Source: Pseudobdellovibrionaceae bacterium
GTDB lineage: Bacteria > Bdellovibrionota > Bdellovibrionia > Bdellovibrionales > JAMPXM01
Assembly (NCBI GenBank): GCA_947462815.1
Contig: CANHQR010000014.1
Span: forward strand, 800-64,799
Direction of reading: 5' to 3'
DNA: 64,000 bases
In this document: piece after piece, positions 1-9,398 of the stretch
Numbering within the stretch: the first letter of the stretch is position 1
How the letters are laid out: each line of letters opens with the position of its first letter
The notes under the pieces: generated by a model
What the model saw: the letters and a program-made list of their open reading frames with translations, nothing else
What the model was told of the DNA's origin: nothing
Database searches by the model: none
Program-made: the position numbers and the translations under genes

Positions 1-158
1 GGAGCAATCTGATCATCCGGACTCATTTCGTGACGTGTACAGGCGGCGCTGGTGATCATCATGGCCAGCGCGATGATCGAAATAGAGCGTCGCCAAGGTC
101 CGTAAGAGGATCTCTCGCCAATCGTCGTCTTCGTTGATCCAGTTGTAATCTTATTCAT
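1..158 (-). CDS. putative lipoprotein, N-terminal part only (gene continues past the left edge)
   Basis: Hand translation of the minus strand from ATG at 158-156 gives MNKITTGSTKTTIGERSSYGPWRRSISIIALAMMITSAACTRHEMSPDDQIA. It has a hydrophobic core followed by a lipobox-like ITSAAC and stays open to position 1. It is absent from the ORF track because it is under 60 aa within the window. Confidence 0.4.
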   Translation of the reverse strand, partial: MNKITTGSTKTTIGERSSYGPWRRSISIIALAMMITSAACTRHEMSPDDQIA

Positions 159-436
159 GACCGCAAACGTCCTTTCCAAATGATCCGCAATGAAGTTGTC
201 GAGCCTCGTGGAGAGCAAGGCTCGCGCCAATCATCAGGATCGTGAATTGCGCGAAAATTGATTTGAACTCCATTTTTAAGGACGCGATGGGCGCGCCAAG
301 AAAAAGCTTCAGTCGAGAGAGATATTTCTCCACGATGGCCAGCGCGCCGTTGGATTCGCCATCAAAATCATCGAGCGACCCATCGAAGCTCAGTGGCGGA
401 CGATCGACGAGCCTACAAGTTCACCGGAGGCGAATC

Positions 437-1285
437 TTAAAGTCGAGTGGTGCGAGGGCGAGGCGTCGACGTCGGGTCAGGCTGTCGAGAAAGCGGCGGA
501 GGTGGCGTGCTCGATGGTGGCAAGATGTGAAGCATGAGAGGCCGGCGAGCCTGATGCCGTGTGCGAACAAATTCGGCGATCTCTTGCATGTAAAGATCCG
601 AAGAAACGGCGAGACAACCCGCTGTCCAATTGAAGGCGACGTTCAAGAAGCCTGCGCAGCGAAACCACCGATCCGGACCGTGAATGCCAATGTCGCTTCC
701 GGTGTAGCCTTGGGTGCGCTGCTGAGCTGTGGGGTAGCCGACGTGCATGAAGAGACCATATTGAGCGCTCCGGCGTGCGGGAGTGAGCGGGTAGCTGCCG
801 AGCGGAGTCTTGCGATCGCCTTGAACACGCTTATCGAGTCCCTTTGAACCAAGGGACAAATCGTAGTTGGCCACACTGCGACCATTCTCGCATAAAAAGA
901 GAACTTGAATGTCGCTGAGGGCGACCAGAGATGTGCCGCGGTTTTCACAAGGATCTTGTGTGGGTAGTGATTTGATAAGGCGAAGCTGACGAGGCGGTGT
1001 GATCATCGGACAATTGTCCTCGTCATACTCAACGACTTCCTCGTCGTCGTCAGGTTGGGGTGTCGGGGAGACTCCAGGAGCCGCCGTGCTTGTCAGCTGA
1101 AGGCGGGCTCCGCTGGGCGCGAGCCCTGGACGATCAAAGCCTTGGGCGCGGAGGATTTCGCGGGTGGCCTCCGGTGAGAGAAATTCGGCGGGTGAAGGGC
1201 CGCTTGCAGCTTGTGCTTGAGGCACCACGAGACAAGCAGGAAGTGTCAAAAGAGCAGACAGTAAAAAACTCAGGCGTGAATTCAC
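437..1285 (-). CDS. L,D-transpeptidase (YkuD) domain protein, secreted
   Basis: The signal peptide is MNSRLSFLLSALLTLPACLVVPQAQA. The C-terminal region has the YkuD-like His...Gly-Cys active-site pattern (DIGIHGPDRWF...NWTAGCLAVSSD). A Pro-rich tail follows. Confidence 0.7.
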   Translation of the reverse strand: MNSRLSFLLSALLTLPACLVVPQAQAASGPSPAEFLSPEATREILRAQGFDRPGLAPSGARLQLTSTAAPGVSPTPQPDDDEEVVEYDEDNCPMITPPRQLRLIKSLPTQDPCENRGTSLVALSDIQVLFLCENGRSVANYDLSLGSKGLDKRVQGDRKTPLGSYPLTPARRSAQYGLFMHVGYPTAQQRTQGYTGSDIGIHGPDRWFRCAGFLNVAFNWTAGCLAVSSDLYMQEIAEFVRTRHQARRPLMLHILPPSSTPPPPLSRQPDPTSTPRPRTTRL

Positions 1286-1489
1286 AGGGGCCTCATTTCG
1301 TCGTGCGAAAGCGGGAGGGAGCTTGGCTCAGTCGAGTCATTCGGTCGGACCCTCCACGTCGATGCAAGTGGCTGACCGCGCAAGAACTCGTCCACGAAGG
1401 CCAGGAGTTGGCGACTTCGCTATGAATGAGAAGCATTTTCAAGCGGCCTGACAGGTTTTGTCGGCTCAGCTTGGCTGAGCCTGCTGAAA

Positions 1490-2956
1490 TCAGCGTTCGA
1501 TTTCAAACTCCACGCGCCGGTTGGCCTGTCGGCCTTGGTAGTTCGCATTGTCGGCAATCGGGCGAGCTTCGCCATAACCGATCGCCGCGATCTTATCTGC
1601 AGGAAGACCGAACTTCTCAACGAGGCGCACGCGAATTGCCGTCGCACGCCGAAGGCTGAGTCGTTGATTGTATTCATCGCGACCGACGCTGTCGGTGTGA
1701 CCTTCGATGACGAGTTTTTTAAAAGCACCTTTAATCGCCATCGCAAGTTCTGCAAGGACCGGATCATAGTTGCCAATCATCTTGTCGCTATCGAACTCGA
1801 AATGAATCGCCTGGGTGCGGAAGCGCTCAAGAACTTGCGCGGAGCTTTCGCCGTACACGCGTGTGAGATACTCACTGCGCTGAGTTTCTGATTCGGACGA
1901 CCAGATTGGACCGAAGGCATAGTTGAGTCCGGCGTAGAGACGCCAGTCGGGCGATGCAACACCTTGCTTGATTTCGGTACCGCCGCCGGCGTGCAAAGAT
2001 AAATTGGTGTTCCAATCATGCTTGGCACCGATGATCCACTCGAGCGAAGTGAGGCTCCGCTCGGCGAAGCTTGTGCTGCTCTCCGCGGGAGTTGCAGCGA
2101 AAATCTCCGTGACGACCTTCGTGCTCGACTGCGGAAGGTGGCGACTCGCCGCAACCGACGCGATCCACTGCGAGCCTAAAGGGTCGGCGATGGATCCCGG
2201 AATCTTCGTGCCTTTTTGTCGGCTGCGGTACCCGAGATTGCCGCCGTAGGACCAAAGCCCTCGGCGCGTATCGCCGGCCAATTCAAAGTTCATGGTGGGG
2301 CCGGCGTTTCGACCGGCGAAAGGCGAATCTTGAATTTGATTAAAGTTGGTCGAAAAGATCCCCGCGATCCCGCCATCGTCATCGCCCCAAAATCGGTACT
2401 TGGTGTTGAGTCGAACTTCCGTGACGCCGGTCGCAGCGAACTCGCCACGGCTACCGCTTTGGTCGCTCACGCTTTGGCGCAGAACCTGCGGAATGCTGAT
2501 ACCAAAATCCCAGTTCGGTGTGAGTCCTAGGCCGGCGTTAAGATCCATGGAAGTCAGTGTATCGTTGAACTTTAAGCGATTGCCGCTGGGCTGATCGTAA
2601 TCCGGCAGTGAGTTGACCGCGAGGTTGAAAAACAAACCGAGATTGACGATGCCGGGCTTCAGGGTTTCCGAACTCTGCACGGTGACGAAATCCAAGCCGC
2701 TGGTTGTAGGATTGAAGTTTTGTGTGTCGACGCCGACAACATTGGCGAGTGATGACGTGGAGGCGAGTGTGATCGTGAGCCCTGTCATCCAAGAGGTCGG
2801 CAGACGCTGGGCGTTTCTTCTGATCCAAGCTTGGAGCGTCGTTCTCGAGCGCGAGGTTGTTGGGAAGCCAGGCTTCGTCAACGCCTTTCTCGCTGAGTCG
2901 ATCTTAAGCTTTGTGATGCGATGCTTTAAGCTGATCATCGAAAGAGTAAACGACAT
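1490..2956 (-). CDS. OmpA-family outer membrane protein (beta-barrel N-terminus, OmpA/MotB peptidoglycan-binding C-terminus)
   Basis: The C-terminus HFEFDSDK...LVIEGHTDSVGRDEYNQRLSLRRATAIRVRLVEK...GYGEARPIADN...NRRVEFEI is a canonical OmpA_C domain. The start is uncertain: the ORF is open to 3052, and I chose ATG 2956 (MSFTLSMISLK...). Confidence 0.8.
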   Translation of the reverse strand: MSFTLSMISLKHRITKLKIDSARKALTKPGFPTTSRSRTTLQAWIRRNAQRLPTSWMTGLTITLASTSSLANVVGVDTQNFNPTTSGLDFVTVQSSETLKPGIVNLGLFFNLAVNSLPDYDQPSGNRLKFNDTLTSMDLNAGLGLTPNWDFGISIPQVLRQSVSDQSGSRGEFAATGVTEVRLNTKYRFWGDDDGGIAGIFSTNFNQIQDSPFAGRNAGPTMNFELAGDTRRGLWSYGGNLGYRSRQKGTKIPGSIADPLGSQWIASVAASRHLPQSSTKVVTEIFAATPAESSTSFAERSLTSLEWIIGAKHDWNTNLSLHAGGGTEIKQGVASPDWRLYAGLNYAFGPIWSSESETQRSEYLTRVYGESSAQVLERFRTQAIHFEFDSDKMIGNYDPVLAELAMAIKGAFKKLVIEGHTDSVGRDEYNQRLSLRRATAIRVRLVEKFGLPADKIAAIGYGEARPIADNANYQGRQANRRVEFEIER

Positions 2957-3112
2957 GCTCTTGATGAAAGCATGATTGACGGGCGCATCCAAGTCACTTT
3001 TGCTGGGCGGAGGGATTGGAAGAACCGTCCGCGCGAGCGGTGTTGTCAGCAAAATCCCGAGAATTTAACGGCCGAGGCCGTCGCGCTCGGCCGGTACAGC
3101 AAGGAGAATTTC

Positions 3113-3751
3113 ATGCTTCAAAAAAGTCAGCCCCGAGTTCACATGCCCGTTTCGATCCTTCATCGTGCCGCCCTTCGTGCGGTCAAAGTGGCAGCCAGTT
3201 TGGCGTTTGTGGGCGCGATGAGCCTGGCGGCATCTTCGGCGCAAGCTGCGACTCGATCGGATTCCACAAGTGGTATGAGCTTTGGCGCGATGGGCGGAAT
3301 GTTGGTGCCCAATAAAAGCGGCACGGCAGCGCGCCCGGGCTTCGGCGTTCATGTGGGTGCACAGCTGGGAACAGAGTTTGGAATTGGCGGCTATTACCTT
3401 TCTTCCAAGAAGGATGAAGGAGGGACAGTTGGGCAGTTTGATCTGGATCTCTTCGGCATCGAAGGCGTGTATCGCTTTGAGGGTGAGGCCAAGGGTGGCT
3501 ACTTCGGCGGCCGCTTGGGTATTTCGAAGATTAATGTCGGCTCGTCCGCCACCCAAGTGAACATGTCGCCCTATCATATCGGATTTATCGGTGGTTATGA
3601 CCGCTTTTTGACGGATTTCATTTCGATTGGCGGGGAGCTGGGATTCTACTCGATTGGCAAGGGTGAATCGACTCCGCAAAGTGGCGTGACGGTGACGGTC
3701 GATTCGTTTACGGCGCTGAGCTTCTTGGCGAGTGTAAAGTTTTGGCTCTGA
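3113..3751 (+). CDS. outer membrane beta-barrel protein (small porin/OmpW-like class)
   Basis: ATG 3113 is preceded by AAGGAGA at 3101-3107. The signal peptide ends ...AASSAQA. The sequence has alternating Gly/aromatic beta-strand character and an aromatic C-terminus, SVKFWL. Confidence 0.55.
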   Translation: MLQKSQPRVHMPVSILHRAALRAVKVAASLAFVGAMSLAASSAQAATRSDSTSGMSFGAMGGMLVPNKSGTAARPGFGVHVGAQLGTEFGIGGYYLSSKKDEGGTVGQFDLDLFGIEGVYRFEGEAKGGYFGGRLGISKINVGSSATQVNMSPYHIGFIGGYDRFLTDFISIGGELGFYSIGKGESTPQSGVTVTVDSFTALSFLASVKFWL

Positions 3752-3773
3752 TCGATTCGCTCAGAGCTGCAGG

Positions 3774-4202
3774 TCAGTGACTTCCGGTCGCGGCTCTGGT
3801 CACGGTTTTGGTCGCGGTTTTGTTGAGGGCTTTGGCCGGCCGCTGCTCGGTCAGCTTCGAAGCCGGGGCGCGTTCGATCTTTGACGTCATGACTGAAGTG
3901 TCGATGAAGGCCTTGGCGTCTTCGACAAGTAATGAGCGCGAGGCGCTCGTGTCTTGTTGAATCTGTTCCTGGCCGAGAGCGCGCTTCGACGCTTCGACTT
4001 TCGGTGGCGGCATCGGCGAGGCGGTGGGGGAGTTGAATTGGGAGCTGAAGTGGTTCGTGGGTTGGTTCAGCACCACAATTGTGTAGGCTACGGCCGCAGT
4101 TGTCAGTGAGAGAGCGCTCTTCCAGTAATACTTTAGCCAAAACCACGAGCCCATGCTGTCCTTCGCGTTGTTCTTGCTCGGTCGTCGTGAGTTGGTCTTC
4201 AT
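3774..4202 (-). CDS. hypothetical membrane-anchored protein
   Basis: This is a 142-aa ORF with one N-terminal TM segment (WKSALSLTTAAVAYTIVVL). I recognised no motif. Confidence 0.35.
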   Translation of the reverse strand: MKTNSRRPSKNNAKDSMGSWFWLKYYWKSALSLTTAAVAYTIVVLNQPTNHFSSQFNSPTASPMPPPKVEASKRALGQEQIQQDTSASRSLLVEDAKAFIDTSVMTSKIERAPASKLTEQRPAKALNKTATKTVTRAATGSH

Positions 4203-4467
4203 CAGTCGGCCAGCTTAAATGGCGACGATGTGATGAAATTGCCGAGCGTCGTCCTTTCATTGACGCGTAAAATCACGACGGGGTCAATCCTACCGAGACC
4301 TTTGTCGGACATTCGAAGCCGGGGGTGCTGAAGAGCCCTTGGCGAGGGGCCTTCGAGCGGAACTTCAGGTTTTCAGGCCACGGTGACTCGGCCGGTGATC
4401 TCCGAGTCGGCTTTCACCGATTTCTTGAGATGGGAAAGCCGATGCGTCGATATTCATCGAGCAAATC

Positions 4468-5730
4468 TCAAAGATCCGTCATCGCCTGCATGGGCGAGGA
4501 GAACGCTTTACCGTAAGTGTCGCTGATGGAGACAGCACGCAACTCATACAAGCTTTGAGCTTTGAGTCCTTTAACCATCACATTGTGCTGGGTGCGCAGG
4601 ACATTGTCGGCCTCGGTGAGTCCTTCGCTGCCATCAGCCCCGCGCCAGGCCACTTGAGAAGTGGCCGGAATGTCGGTGGACCAAGTGATCATGAAGCCGT
4701 CGTTGAACTTTTCCAGCACAGTGAAGTTGGAGATCTTGGGAGCAACGCCCTCTTTGCAGGGGTTCATCACGGCTTCGTTGGGGAGTGCGAAGTTTTCATG
4801 CGTGAGTGGAGACCAGCCGCGCGCCAAGAGATCTTTGTAGGCTTTTTGTGGCTCGGAGTTTTTGTCAGGATTGAACCAAGTGGAGTTACCCGTTAGACCG
4901 CAGGCGGAATCGCGTCCATTGACCAGATCTTTGCGCTCGGGGTTCCACTTGCGCATCAGCATCACCAATGAAATGTGATAGCGCGGGCCTTGGTAGTACT
5001 CCAGCACCATCGGCAGCTCGGTGGCCGAGTTCAGGCTTACGGGTGTCGCGCCGCAGGCCAGGCGTGTGGGGTGATCGCCATCGTTGTTGATGTGCGGCTC
5101 GTAGAGGCCTTCGGAGTTGCGGAGTTGGAGAACCGCGCCATCGTCGGAAAGCAGCGCAAACTCGTAGAGGCCTTCTTGTTGCTCGGGGGCGAGGCGAAGG
5201 ATGGATTTGAATCGCAAGCCAAAGAATTCGATCAAGGTGTTCTGGGCATCGTCTTGCACGGCTTGGCCGGTGGGGCTCAAAAAGCCCATATGAAAGAGTC
5301 GCGTGGGCACGTTCAGCTGCGAAAAAAAGAGGCTTCGATCTGAACGCTTGCCGGTACGAATGAGATCCGCGACTTTGTAGGTTCTCGGTTGATTCGCTTC
5401 GCGCCAAAAGAGTTCGGCCTTAAGGCCTAAGTTCGAGCGTGGATCGGGCTGACCAGGTCCCATCGGATCGCAAACCATTTTGTTGATGGGATAGAGATTC
5501 ACGTCGAGCTTCGACATGCGAATTTCGGCGGGTGCTACTTCGGACTGAGTTGAAGGACGTGTGCAACCCGCGCCCACACTGAGAGCTGCTGCCGTGAGCG
5601 CGAGGGCGAGGCCGCTTCGCCAGACCTGGTTGCGTTCTTCCGGGATCGCTCCGCCAGATCTTTGCATCAACCTGAGGAGACTTTGATCTCGGGTCTCTGT
5701 CGGTTGCGGGAACTGATTTCTGTTTCCCAT
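4468..5730 (-). CDS. lipoprotein with PA14 domain and C-terminal FN3-like domain
   Basis: ATG 5730 has GGAGGA 5 nt upstream. The lipobox is LTAAALSVGAGC. The PA14-like core is GLKAELFW...GLYEFALLSDDGAVLQL...LEYYQG. The C-terminal Ig/FN3-like segment is APKISNFTV...ITWSTDIPATSQVAW...YELRAVS. Confidence 0.6.
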   Translation of the reverse strand: MGNRNQFPQPTETRDQSLLRLMQRSGGAIPEERNQVWRSGLALALTAAALSVGAGCTRPSTQSEVAPAEIRMSKLDVNLYPINKMVCDPMGPGQPDPRSNLGLKAELFWREANQPRTYKVADLIRTGKRSDRSLFFSQLNVPTRLFHMGFLSPTGQAVQDDAQNTLIEFFGLRFKSILRLAPEQQEGLYEFALLSDDGAVLQLRNSEGLYEPHINNDGDHPTRLACGATPVSLNSATELPMVLEYYQGPRYHISLVMLMRKWNPERKDLVNGRDSACGLTGNSTWFNPDKNSEPQKAYKDLLARGWSPLTHENFALPNEAVMNPCKEGVAPKISNFTVLEKFNDGFMITWSTDIPATSQVAWRGADGSEGLTEADNVLRTQHNVMVKGLKAQSLYELRAVSISDTYGKAFSSPMQAMTDL

Positions 5731-6006
5731 CTTCGTCCTCCGTGAATCTTGTTTGCGTCTGTTTTTTTGGCCTGGCTTCAAGAAGCTCAGGCTGACTTCA
5801 CAAGTCTGCACGCGGGTGGGGATTGTGACGAGATGTAGAACTTTGTCGATTTTTGCTAACTTTCTGCGGCGGCAGCGGAATTTCCGTTTTATGCGACCTG
5901 AGTCGAGGCGGCCCCGGGTTTGGCTTCAATGTGTCGAAGACACTTGCGGTCCTTGTCGATGGAATCGACGCTTCTCCTTGAAATTCTTGTGAGATAGAAT
6001 CTCGAA

Positions 6007-6939
6007 ATGCGTCGCCTGTCTGACTATGAGCCATTCACATCGGGACTGTTGAGTCTCATTGCACGTGAGACACGTTTCAAATCGCGACCACGCTTGGATC
6101 AGATCTTGGCTGAGGAGCCGCGGCTGATCGTCGTCTTTTCGCATTCATCGCCGTTGAGTTGGTTACCAGCGCCTTGTCTTTTGACGGCTCACGCTTGTGC
6201 GCGTGGAGGTGGGGCGCGAACGCCCGTCGCAGTGATGGACAAGTTCTTTTACTCTGTGCCGCCGCTCAGGTGGTTGGCCGAGTGGATCTCGCAAAACGAA
6301 AAGCCGCTGAACTTCGATGAGTTGGTCGAAAGGTTTCAATCTCTGGATCGAGGTGATTTGGTGGTGTTTCCGGAGGGCTCGAACTGCTTTTTCGGACCGC
6401 CCGAGGAGATTCAAGAGTTTCGCTCGCCGCGCTTTATGGAGCTTGCGATTCGAACACGTACACCACTTCTGACGGTTGTGCATCGGGGTAGTGAGAATTG
6501 GGGATTGAAGCTCAAGGTCTCCGCCGAGCACTACGAGCAGATGGTCGAGCATTGGAAGCTGCCTGATTTTGCACAAAAGTTCCTTGGGGATCGACTCAAG
6601 CGCAGTGGTCTGTTGGTTCTGCCGTGGCTACCGAAGCCGATGCCGAGATTTGCGATGTTGGCGGACTTATATCGTCCTCGTGAAATAGAGCTCTCTGAAG
6701 ATCCAGTTCTTCGTCGATCCCAGGTGGCGGAAGAAGCCGAGCGCGTTCGGGCGCACATGCGCGAGCAGTTGCGCGAACTCGATACTTGGCTTGCGGAGTC
6801 GGCCGCCTCAGGGTCGAGTGCTCCGCCGAATGAAACGACCAGAGGCGCGGCCCGAGGCGCAGCGAGTGGCGCGACCAAAGGCGCGACGCAGGATTCTACG
6901 GCAAAAGATGTGGAACTCGGGGGAACGGGAAATGAGTGA
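6007..6939 (+). CDS. acyltransferase-like protein (PlsC/LPLAT superfamily, degenerate block I)
   Basis: Block III (VVFPEGSNCF) and block IV-like (TPLLTVVH) are present. The position of the HX4D block reads SHSSPLSW, with no Asp. Confidence 0.45.
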   Translation: MRRLSDYEPFTSGLLSLIARETRFKSRPRLDQILAEEPRLIVVFSHSSPLSWLPAPCLLTAHACARGGGARTPVAVMDKFFYSVPPLRWLAEWISQNEKPLNFDELVERFQSLDRGDLVVFPEGSNCFFGPPEEIQEFRSPRFMELAIRTRTPLLTVVHRGSENWGLKLKVSAEHYEQMVEHWKLPDFAQKFLGDRLKRSGLLVLPWLPKPMPRFAMLADLYRPREIELSEDPVLRRSQVAEEAERVRAHMREQLRELDTWLAESAASGSSAPPNETTRGAARGAASGATKGATQDSTAKDVELGGTGNE

Positions 6940-7426
6940 TGTGAAATCGAGATCTGAAGACACGGCGATGGTGGGGCCAACGGCCATTCATCGGCAGTTG
7001 GATTTGATTCGACGGGGCGAGCTCGATCGTTTCGTGGTTCGCCTTCGCTCGGGCGTTCTCGTCATGGGAGAAACGCAGCCGCTCCTTGGGTATTTTTTGC
7101 TGCTCGCTGATCCTGTGGTGCCGCACTTCAACGCTTTGGTCTCGGAAGCTCGAGCGCAATGGGCTCTCGACTTGGGCGCCATCGGCGATGCGCTGCTTGA
7201 GGAGTCTGGGATCTTGCGCGTGAACTACGAAACCTGGGGGAATTTAGATCCTGCATTGCACACGCATATTGTCCCGCGCTCTCGACATGAGGATCCCGCC
7301 AAAGCTCGTCTTCCGGCGCGTGAGGCCTATGACTACGCTCAGAGTCCGCGTTTCGATTTGCAGAATCTCGAACATCGAGCTGTGTTTGAACGATTGCGAG
7401 CCCGACTCAAGGCCCTATCGGTTTGA
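6932..7426 (+). CDS. HIT-superfamily-like protein
   Basis: ATG 6932 overlaps the upstream stop (6937-6939) by 8 nt. The sequence NYETWGNLDPALHTHIVPRSRHED resembles the HIT histidine-triad region, but the first His is Ala. Confidence 0.5.
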   Translation: MSDVKSRSEDTAMVGPTAIHRQLDLIRRGELDRFVVRLRSGVLVMGETQPLLGYFLLLADPVVPHFNALVSEARAQWALDLGAIGDALLEESGILRVNYETWGNLDPALHTHIVPRSRHEDPAKARLPAREAYDYAQSPRFDLQNLEHRAVFERLRARLKALSV

Positions 7427-8539
7427 ATCGTTTCGGTCGGGAAGTTGCGAGAGAATCGGAAAGTCCGCATCGCCGATTCGCCACTCTTGGCGTTCGTCTT
7501 GACCGCGCTTCTCAAAGTTTGTCGGCGCACTCGGCCACTCCAAAAGATCACCGCGTCGGCAGGTAGGTTCGGGGCTTTGTCGGCGATTGGGAAACCACGA
7601 CAAAAAGGCGCGATCGCCGTCGGAGCAAGTGAGGGTTCGCGACTTCCCCTTTTCGGCGAGCACATCGCCGACCACGCGAAGTAGGGGTCTTGAAGACGGC
7701 GCTGGAGGGGGAGTCTTGCGTGCCAGCAAATACGAAAACGTGAGTCGTTGATTCTTCATCGGCAGGTGGGCTTCGAGATCGAGCCACCACGGAGGGGCGG
7801 GGTATTCGATGGCGTCGTGACACCAGTCCCGTTCATCGCGAAGCAATGGGCAAGGCTTGGCATGCGGGCATGGTGCCCAGATGTGAAAACCCTGGGCCAT
7901 GAGAGTTTCTCGACGAGCCTGCAAGCGTCGTGCATCGTCGCGAGTTGAAGGTTCGAGGATCATCAGGGCTTCGAGCTCAAACACCCAACTTGGAATCTCG
8001 GTGTTCTCGGTCAGCACGTGGGCCAACACGGCGAGACTTCGGCGGGGATCGTCGAGGTTCTGGGGTCGTGTCTCGAGTCGAGCTGTCGTGTGTCGAGTGT
8101 GCGAAGGGAGTTCGGCCACCTGCAGAGCGAACTCGAGAATGGCTGATGACACATCGCGAAGCTCAAGGCTTGTCCAGCTCTGCTGAAGGGAAAGCGCTTG
8201 TGCCGCGGCTCCGCTGCCAGATCCCAAATCATAGAGATGGTGGAGGTCGTTCAAAAAACCGAGGTGTCGCCCGCGCTCGGCCGCAGCCCAGACGCGTGTC
8301 AGATTGAGGGGGTGATAGTAACTGAAGAGGGCATGGCGAGCCCAGGGCTCGTGCCAAGGCGAGACAGCGCTTGGGGAATGGATGTAGTAGTTCGAGAGCT
8401 GGCGAATCTGATCAGCGATTTGTTGTGGGGCGAGGCTTTGAGCGCTGGCCGGCAGACGAGAGGGCAGTCGGGCCAGCTGCGCTTGCAGTTCGAGCCATTT
8501 CGAATTCGATTTGTCAGATGCATGAAGCCCTTGGCTCAT
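7415..8539 (-). CDS. Rsm22-like SAM-dependent methyltransferase
   Basis: The SAM motif I is LYDLGSGSGAAAQAL. The C-terminal Cys/His cluster APCPHAKPCPLLRDERDWCH is typical of the Rsm22/COG5459 family. The start is ambiguous (8539 or 8617); 8617 would overlap the divergent bcp start. Confidence 0.55.
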   Translation of the reverse strand: MSQGLHASDKSNSKWLELQAQLARLPSRLPASAQSLAPQQIADQIRQLSNYYIHSPSAVSPWHEPWARHALFSYYHPLNLTRVWAAAERGRHLGFLNDLHHLYDLGSGSGAAAQALSLQQSWTSLELRDVSSAILEFALQVAELPSHTRHTTARLETRPQNLDDPRRSLAVLAHVLTENTEIPSWVFELEALMILEPSTRDDARRLQARRETLMAQGFHIWAPCPHAKPCPLLRDERDWCHDAIEYPAPPWWLDLEAHLPMKNQRLTFSYLLARKTPPPAPSSRPLLRVVGDVLAEKGKSRTLTCSDGDRAFLSWFPNRRQSPEPTCRRGDLLEWPSAPTNFEKRGQDERQEWRIGDADFPILSQLPDRNDSNR

Positions 8540-8602
8540 GGGAGAGTCTCGCGCAGAATGACGAGAACGAGCAACGTTTTGAGATCCTTTGAAGGAGGCA
8601 GC

Positions 8603-9370
8603 ATGGCTCAAAAGCATGTCACGAAATCCAAGCCTGCGAAATCGAAAAGCGCGAAATCCGTTTCGGCGAACTCGAAGAGCGCAAAAGCTGTGACTTCGAA
8701 GTTGCGCAAGTCCAAAGGAGCGGCGGCGGCTCAGTCCCCATCGGGAAAAAAGAAGCCGACCACACGAAAGTTCCCGGCCTCAACGGTGGGTCGAAGTTCG
8801 AAGAAGGTCCACGCTAAAAAAGTGAAGGTGGTAAAGGACAACGCGAAGAAAGCCACGCCAAAGAGCGGCGGGACGGTGAAACGCGTGATGGCCCACAAAA
8901 ATGTGCCGAGTCTTGTCGGGCACAGCGTGACGAACTTGCGTTTGGAGGCCACGGGTGGTCGTGAAGTCTCGCTGGCGGATTATTTGGGTCAACTCGTCGT
9001 GCTGTACTTTTATCCCAAAGACAACACGCCCGGTTGCACGATGGAGAGTCAGGACTTCTCGCGCCTCAGCCGGGAGTTTTCGGCAGCGGGAGCTGTGGTT
9101 TTGGGATGCTCGCGCGACTCAGTGAAGTCGCATGAGAGTTTTAAGGCCAAGTATAATCTCGGATTTGATTTGCTCTCGGATCCTTCCGAGAGTTTTTGTC
9201 GCAGCTTTCATGTGATTCAGATGAAGAGCCTGTATGGGCGCCAGTTTGAAGGCGTCGAGCGTTCCACCTTTGTGGTGAGTCGTGAAGGCGTGGTGCTGAA
9301 GGAGTGGCGCCAAGTGAAGGTTGCCGGGCACGCCGAAGAGGTCCTCAACTACATCCGAACCTCGACTTAA
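8603..9370 (+). CDS. bcp: thiol peroxidase Bcp (peroxiredoxin) with about 100-aa lysine-rich N-terminal extension
   Basis: ATG 8603 has GAAGGAGG at 8591-8598. The Prx core is VVLYFYPKDNTPGCTMESQDF...VVLGCSRDSVKSHESFKAKY...RSTFVV. The N-terminal 99 aa hold 26 Lys, 4 Arg and 1 acidic residue (my count). Confidence 0.85.
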   Translation: MAQKHVTKSKPAKSKSAKSVSANSKSAKAVTSKLRKSKGAAAAQSPSGKKKPTTRKFPASTVGRSSKKVHAKKVKVVKDNAKKATPKSGGTVKRVMAHKNVPSLVGHSVTNLRLEATGGREVSLADYLGQLVVLYFYPKDNTPGCTMESQDFSRLSREFSAAGAVVLGCSRDSVKSHESFKAKYNLGFDLLSDPSESFCRSFHVIQMKSLYGRQFEGVERSTFVVSREGVVLKEWRQVKVAGHAEEVLNYIRTST

Positions 9371-9398
9371 GTCCCGTAGCTAAAACGGAGAAGGCTGC

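Noticed and set aside
242-847. A 201-aa plus-strand ORF, and a 60-aa minus-strand ORF (151-333), near the left edge.
   Set aside because: The plus-strand ORF overlaps the YkuD-domain gene and is Arg/Ser-rich shadow sequence. The 60-aa ORF has one hydrophobic stretch but no RBS or motif, and it overlaps the start of the partial lipoprotein gene. The evidence is insufficient.
1463-1481. The hairpin GGCTCAGC-TTG-GCTGAGCC downstream of the OmpA-family gene as a terminator. Similar weak hairpins occur at 30889-30904 and 56680-56720.
   Set aside because: The stems are real, but none is followed by a U-tract in the direction of transcription, so I did not call them as terminators.
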